NCBI GenBank assembly: GCA_000182565.2
Contig: KQ257451.1
Origin: Spizellomyces punctatus DAOM BR117
Taxonomy: Eukaryota
DNA: 64,000 nt
Strand: one strand, 5' to 3'
Below are positions 59,554-64,000 of the stretch, in pieces (within the stretch, counting starts at the first letter, position 1; the number at the start of each line of letters is the position of its first letter). Under the pieces are notes generated by a model, which searched no databases, had not been told where the DNA came from, and saw nothing but the letters and a program-made list of their open reading frames with translations. The translations under genes were made by a program, and so were the position numbers.

Positions 59554-61787
59554 TCAGAGCAACATGAACCATCCCAGAGCAACGACTGCCATCAAAGGGA
59601 TGTTGATCATCAATCGACCACTGCCAGACACAGAACCAGGCGGCAATTTGGTACCTTCTTCGAACGATCCAGGTACCGTCGTGGTCGGCTTGGTCGATGA
59701 TCCAGATGAGGTGGCAGTAGAGGAAGGGGTGGTGGACGCTGGCGGAGTAGAAGAGGCTGGAGCGGTAGAAGATGCCGGTTTACTGGTGCTGGCGGTACCT
59801 CCGGGGGTTGACGTCGGAATAGCCTGGCCTGGATAACTCAAAATCATTAAAAACACTACCACACTTCCACACAGCATCATACACAAGTCTCAACTCACCA
59901 GGACATAAAAACATTTTGTTTACATAGTCGTACGATTTAACAATGGTACAAGCTCCAGTAGCATCCGGGCAAAATCCATTCCTTGATACATCATCACCAC
60001 CAATGCACTGACATTTACAGTTTTGCCAAGTGCCTTGTACACAGCCTCCTGATGGGGGCGCATTATCGCAACCTGTCCCTGGAAGAGTTTGGTTTGTTGA
60101 AGCTGGAACGGGGTTGGATGGGGAAGGGTTCTCGACTGGACAAAAGAAGCAAGTATCGGACGAGTACAAGCCGAGGTTGCAGCGGATGGTGAGACCTTCG
60201 TCTGTTTGACCATCTAGATACCCGGCGACAAGAAATGAGTACCCTGCTTCATACCCCAATAGCATTCTTTACACGTACTCTGATTATCATCTCGCCCATT
60301 GCATGTTTCCTTTGTCACTGGGCCAACAGTTTGTTCCGGACATTGGACAGCGGGAGAAGTTCCAATCTTATCCAATCCCACCGGGTTCTGCATCCATGTC
60401 AGTAGCTCTTCAACTGTAATGTACCACACTTGGTTGTTGGTGTAATCCCGTGTCCATTGGATAAAATTATTGAGAAGGGCAACACGGTCATTATCGGGAT
60501 CCTGAAGAAACCAGGCGGGGTGCATCCTAGAAAGAGTTTAAAATCCAAGTATTTGATATGAAAATCATTCTCAATAGCGCTGCTTACCATAACCCCATAG
60601 GCGTTCTCGTACTCTCCCAATGTAATTTAAAGTTGTATTGAAGGAGCTGCATCAAAAAGGCTGGTGTTCCAGGCGGATCCATGACAGTGTATTCCATCCC
60701 TGTACTCTGGTCTACCAGTGAGTACATAGGGACTTCCCACAAACCCGGAAACTTTCTGGTATAATCGCAATCGCCAGTTTCGCTATGTCAAACAAACAAA
60801 TCAGTAACCCTTCAAAAAACCCAAACTCATTAGCACGGCCTACCAAACATAGGGAAACCCGTTATCGTAAGTAAATGGCCACGGAGCCGTTCTAGGATCG
60901 GCTGGATTTGAACAATCGTAAAGGATTTTTAAATCTTGAAGAACTTGATAGGTGCTCATGTTGTATTGCAGATACGGCGCGCGAAAACCTGTTATGCCAT
61001 CGACGCCAGAGAATGCTCTGAGTGCCTTTCGGCATCCGTCAATTTCGTCCAAGCCGGCGTTTCCGGGATGCGTCATGGTATGAATCGCAATCTGTTAAAG
61101 CTTAATCGTCAATATGCGCGGTTTTTTGTCACCCTAATGGCATGTCCTATAAACCTCATGTCCCGCGGCCTTTAACATTTGCACTAGATGATAGTCCGTA
61201 TACATGGTCGAAACATAGTAGGTGGCATCCATTCTACACCCGTTTGGGTTTTTGGAGGTTGTCACGGCCGTGGAGAGAGGGTATGTAACGGTATTCACAG
61301 CATCATCAAAAGTGAGCAATACAAATTGAGGGGTACTGATATGGACATAATTGGTTAAAAAGCAAAGACTCAACAGAGTGACAAGCATTCAAAGTCTTAC
61401 TTGGAAACCGAAAGGCCACCTGGGGGCATTCGACTCGGACAAAAGCAATTCGGCAGTTTGCATACTGTTGGATCGCAGGTATATCCGACCGTCCCTCCAT
61501 CCCTCCTCACCGGAGTAACAGCACGTCGCTGTCGAACGGTTGGAGCACGACTGGGTGTAAAGTACTGGTAAGCGGCAATAATAGCTATCATTCACACACT
61601 CGTTAGGAACGCTTAACGTGCAACAATGCTCTTCCTGTTCACTTGGTTTACATATACCTGTGATACTCAATCCAGCCAATACAATCTTGGACCTCCATGA
61701 GGACTGCCGAGTAGGTTGGTTGGCAGGGACTGATGCCGCGGTTGATGTCCCGGGAACAGTTTTACGACGTCGAATCGCTGTATCCAT
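59554..61787 (-). CDS. CE4 polysaccharide (chitin) deacetylase, arthropod-CDA-like subtype, with Cys-rich module, S/T stalk and GPI-type C-terminus, multi-exon
   Basis: Motifs CDPTVCKLPNCFC...PPGGL, PQFVLLTFDDAVN, GHE|IAIHTMTHP, GFRAPYL, PWPFTYDNG and FPGLWEVPMY. The C-terminus GSVSGSGRLMINIPLMAVVALGWFMLL follows an S/T/P-rich linker. Confidence 0.9.
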
Positions 61788-62620
61788 TATTTTCTTCCTA
61801 GTATTGGGCAATGTACGAGGCAGAACATCCAACACTTTTCAGCTTTTTATAAACCAGCTTATCTAACCAGTGTGCAGGACCACGCGCTCCTTCCCTCAAG
61901 CGGTTGTTACATCATTCAGAGCTATTGTTTTTTGTGGGGAATAGTCCATGAACTGAGAGAAAATAGGATAAATGCCTTTCCAAGGGGTCAATGCCTACAC
62001 ACCCCCAGTACAAGTTTCCTCGTTTTCCGTAAACCCCTTTCTCCCTGCTACTAAATATTGGAGACGGTTGCTTCGTTAAAGTTTTGAAAGTTTGGCAACA
62101 AGCACCGGAAGAGTATACTAGTGTATCCGTCATCTAATGATTTTGTCAGAGTCACAATGTTTGTTCATTAATCCAACTTTTGTGAAAAAGATTTCTCGAA
62201 TGTTTGCAAACATGCAGTGTATGTGATGCTTGGGCCAACATTGACCCACTGGGCTTTAATTTCACGAGTCTCAATACTTTGTACTTCTTCTCACTTGACA
62301 ATGCGGTCTAATGGAAAGGGCCATGAGGTTCCCCAATGTGTTGAGGGAGGAGCATAATCCAAAACTGTTCGGGCACGTCGATCATTCAAGTCTTTTCTCT
62401 GGCGGTAACACTTGGATTGCCAGCTGCGATCAACACTTTTTCATGCAGTATATGGTTGCCAGAATGGAAAACTCACATCCTATTAACCATTCTCTGACTC
62501 TTTGTAAAATCATACATGTAGCGTGCTGGAACGTCAGAAGAGCAGCCTTCAGCAGCACTGCGGAGTTGTTTCAAGTCACGCTGACCAAAGCTATTTCATT
62601 CGAACCGGCGGCAGACAGGC

Positions 62621-62630
62621 TTATAAAAGG
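62621..62630 (+). promoter_or_regulatory. TATA box candidate for the last gene
   Basis: TTATAAAAGG followed by a pyrimidine-rich leader, about 200 nt upstream of ATG 62828. Confidence 0.45.
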
Positions 62631-62827
62631 AGGTCCGACCTCTCGCTTTCTCGCCTTTTTTCTTTTACTCCCCCACTTTTCCGCATTCACTACATCATGC
62701 AGAAACACATTCTTGGTTTATACACTCCCGTTGTTGTTTTTGCCGCTGTCTGTACTGGGTGGATACTAGCTGAACGTGGTAAACAATCTTTTCCTACAAC
62801 TTGAATATATATCGAACTACCAGAACA

Positions 62828-64000
62828 ATGTACGAGGATAGTGATTATGACGACCGAGGAAATAGAGGGGACTGGCGATTTCCTTCTCCCCCGCCTTCTC
62901 CACCATACGAGCCGAATTGTTTAGTCGCTACGGATGTCACTAGACAAGTGACAGAGGATTCGACGGGAACATCCGTATCCGACCAAAACGCACCCCCATC
63001 GCCCCCGTCTTCGCCATGCTCGTTTATTTCACACTCTCGATGCTCGCGAAGGAACTCGGACCTCCCTCTTTGTCGGCTCCCGTCTCCAATCTCCCTAACT
63101 TGTCTAATAGACGGTATGGACATCAGTGACGATGAACCTCCATCCAACTCTGCCCATACCTCCTCCAAGGCCTGTTGGCCTGCGAATATGCCCGCCCTTT
63201 GCCTATATACAATTTGCAACTACCTTTCTCTATCGGATCTATCACAATTTTATTGCACCTCCCGGACCATGCACAACTCGCTCTCATCTCTGCGTCCCAG
63301 TATCCTTTCACAGCGATTACTCCAAGGTCGGCATTTATCCGCGGACCTATTTGCTGCATTTATTTCGGGACATTCACCATATAGTCATGTCGCAAGGGAT
63401 CCACAATCTTTTGGAGGTCGTAGCAAAGTGTACGCACGTCTACGTCGTGATCAACACGTGGTGGATGCCTTTGTTGGGGCGCTAGTAGGTTGTGTGTCTA
63501 TGGCTAGGGCAGATGGAACGTGGACATTGGGACGTAGGAAGGCACAGCTTGATTCCGGAGGTGGCGCGTTAGTCGATCTTTGGGACGAAAGTGTGGCACG
63601 CATGGACGCCGTCCGAGCACTCCTCCTTCTCTGGCCCATTGTTGACGCCGTCAAGCGCGCCGCAGAATCCATAGTCCCACCATCCTTGCCTCAACCCACA
63701 AGCACCCTTGATCGTGACCCAACATCCCCGTCTCACTCGCTACTCTTACCTCAAACCCTTCTCAACACCGCTCATCTCGGTCTCGCCGCTTTCCCTACCG
63801 ACGCACTTCAACTCACTTGGTACATCTCCTACCACGCAGCTCGACAAGTCGTCTCGCGCTTTCAATTGGCTGGATGGACGTCTCCCAACTATCACGAAGG
63901 CATGATTGGCCCACTATTATTCTCAGGACGGGACAAGTTGACAGATATGCTTGGTTCAGAAGATGATGCACTAGTGTGGGACTGTGTCGGGGAGTTTGAA
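62828..64000 (+). CDS. F-box-like protein, 5' part (open to the window end; absent from the ORF track)
   Basis: 391 codons with no stop from ATG 62828 (MYEDSDYDDRG...). Contains WPANMPALCLYTICNYLSLSDLSQFYCTSRTMHNSL, which has F-box spacing (xP...I..YL...DL......R). Confidence 0.7.
   Translation, partial: MYEDSDYDDRGNRGDWRFPSPPPSPPYEPNCLVATDVTRQVTEDSTGTSVSDQNAPPSPPSSPCSFISHSRCSRRNSDLPLCRLPSPISLTCLIDGMDISDDEPPSNSAHTSSKACWPANMPALCLYTICNYLSLSDLSQFYCTSRTMHNSLSSLRPSILSQRLLQGRHLSADLFAAFISGHSPYSHVARDPQSFGGRSKVYARLRRDQHVVDAFVGALVGCVSMARADGTWTLGRRKAQLDSGGGALVDLWDESVARMDAVRALLLLWPIVDAVKRAAESIVPPSLPQPTSTLDRDPTSPSHSLLLPQTLLNTAHLGLAAFPTDALQLTWYISYHAARQVVSRFQLAGWTSPNYHEGMIGPLLFSGRDKLTDMLGSEDDALVWDCVGEFE

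Noticed and set aside
1341-61787. Chitin or cell-wall gene cluster (chitin synthase, WSC protein, deacetylase)
   Set aside because: The genes are spread over 60 kb among unrelated genes, and these families are numerous in fungi.
62845-63672. Minus-strand ORFs suggesting the 3' end of a gene
   Set aside because: They cannot be spliced into a consistent frame. The plus strand has a TATA box and a 391-codon open frame, so these are antisense shadows.
1-64000. tRNA, rRNA or snoRNA genes, and the many short overlapping ORFs in the track
   Set aside because: No cloverleaf or rRNA signature was seen by eye (tRNAscan-SE and Infernal were not run). The short ORFs are mostly antisense or off-frame shadows of the called genes.

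Overview
This is eukaryotic DNA from an intron-rich fungal genome, with short GT-AG introns (about 55-100 nt) and CTAAC/CTGAC branch points. The gene content (class IV chitin synthase alongside a Kv-type channel, a TmcB/C-like protein, a TMEM179-like protein and a vasculin-like protein) points to an early-diverging fungus, most likely a chytrid; this is an inference. About 17 protein-coding genes can be supported after splicing by hand. In order: Kv-like channel (5' part only), chitin synthase, TMEM179-like, TmcB/C-like, a multi-domain redox protein, an Fcp1-like phosphatase without BRCT, a disordered protein, a candidate microprotein, a TBC Rab-GAP, vasculin/GPBP1-like, glycogenin, a PASK/PIM-like kinase, a 2950-aa WSC receptor, a Pcl cyclin, ACR3, a CE4 deacetylase, and an F-box-like gene that runs off the end. 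The standout is the 11-exon gene at 14903-18602 (about 991 aa). It fuses signal peptide, DOMON, cytochrome b561, cytochrome b5 and an FAD/NAD(P)H reductase, with an SH3 domain inserted inside the nucleotide-binding fold, so it looks like a whole trans-membrane electron-transfer chain in one polypeptide. The ORF track does not show this architecture because key motifs sit on small exons. No tRNA, rRNA, CRISPR array or intact transposon was recognised. All family calls come from motif recognition by eye; no database search was run.
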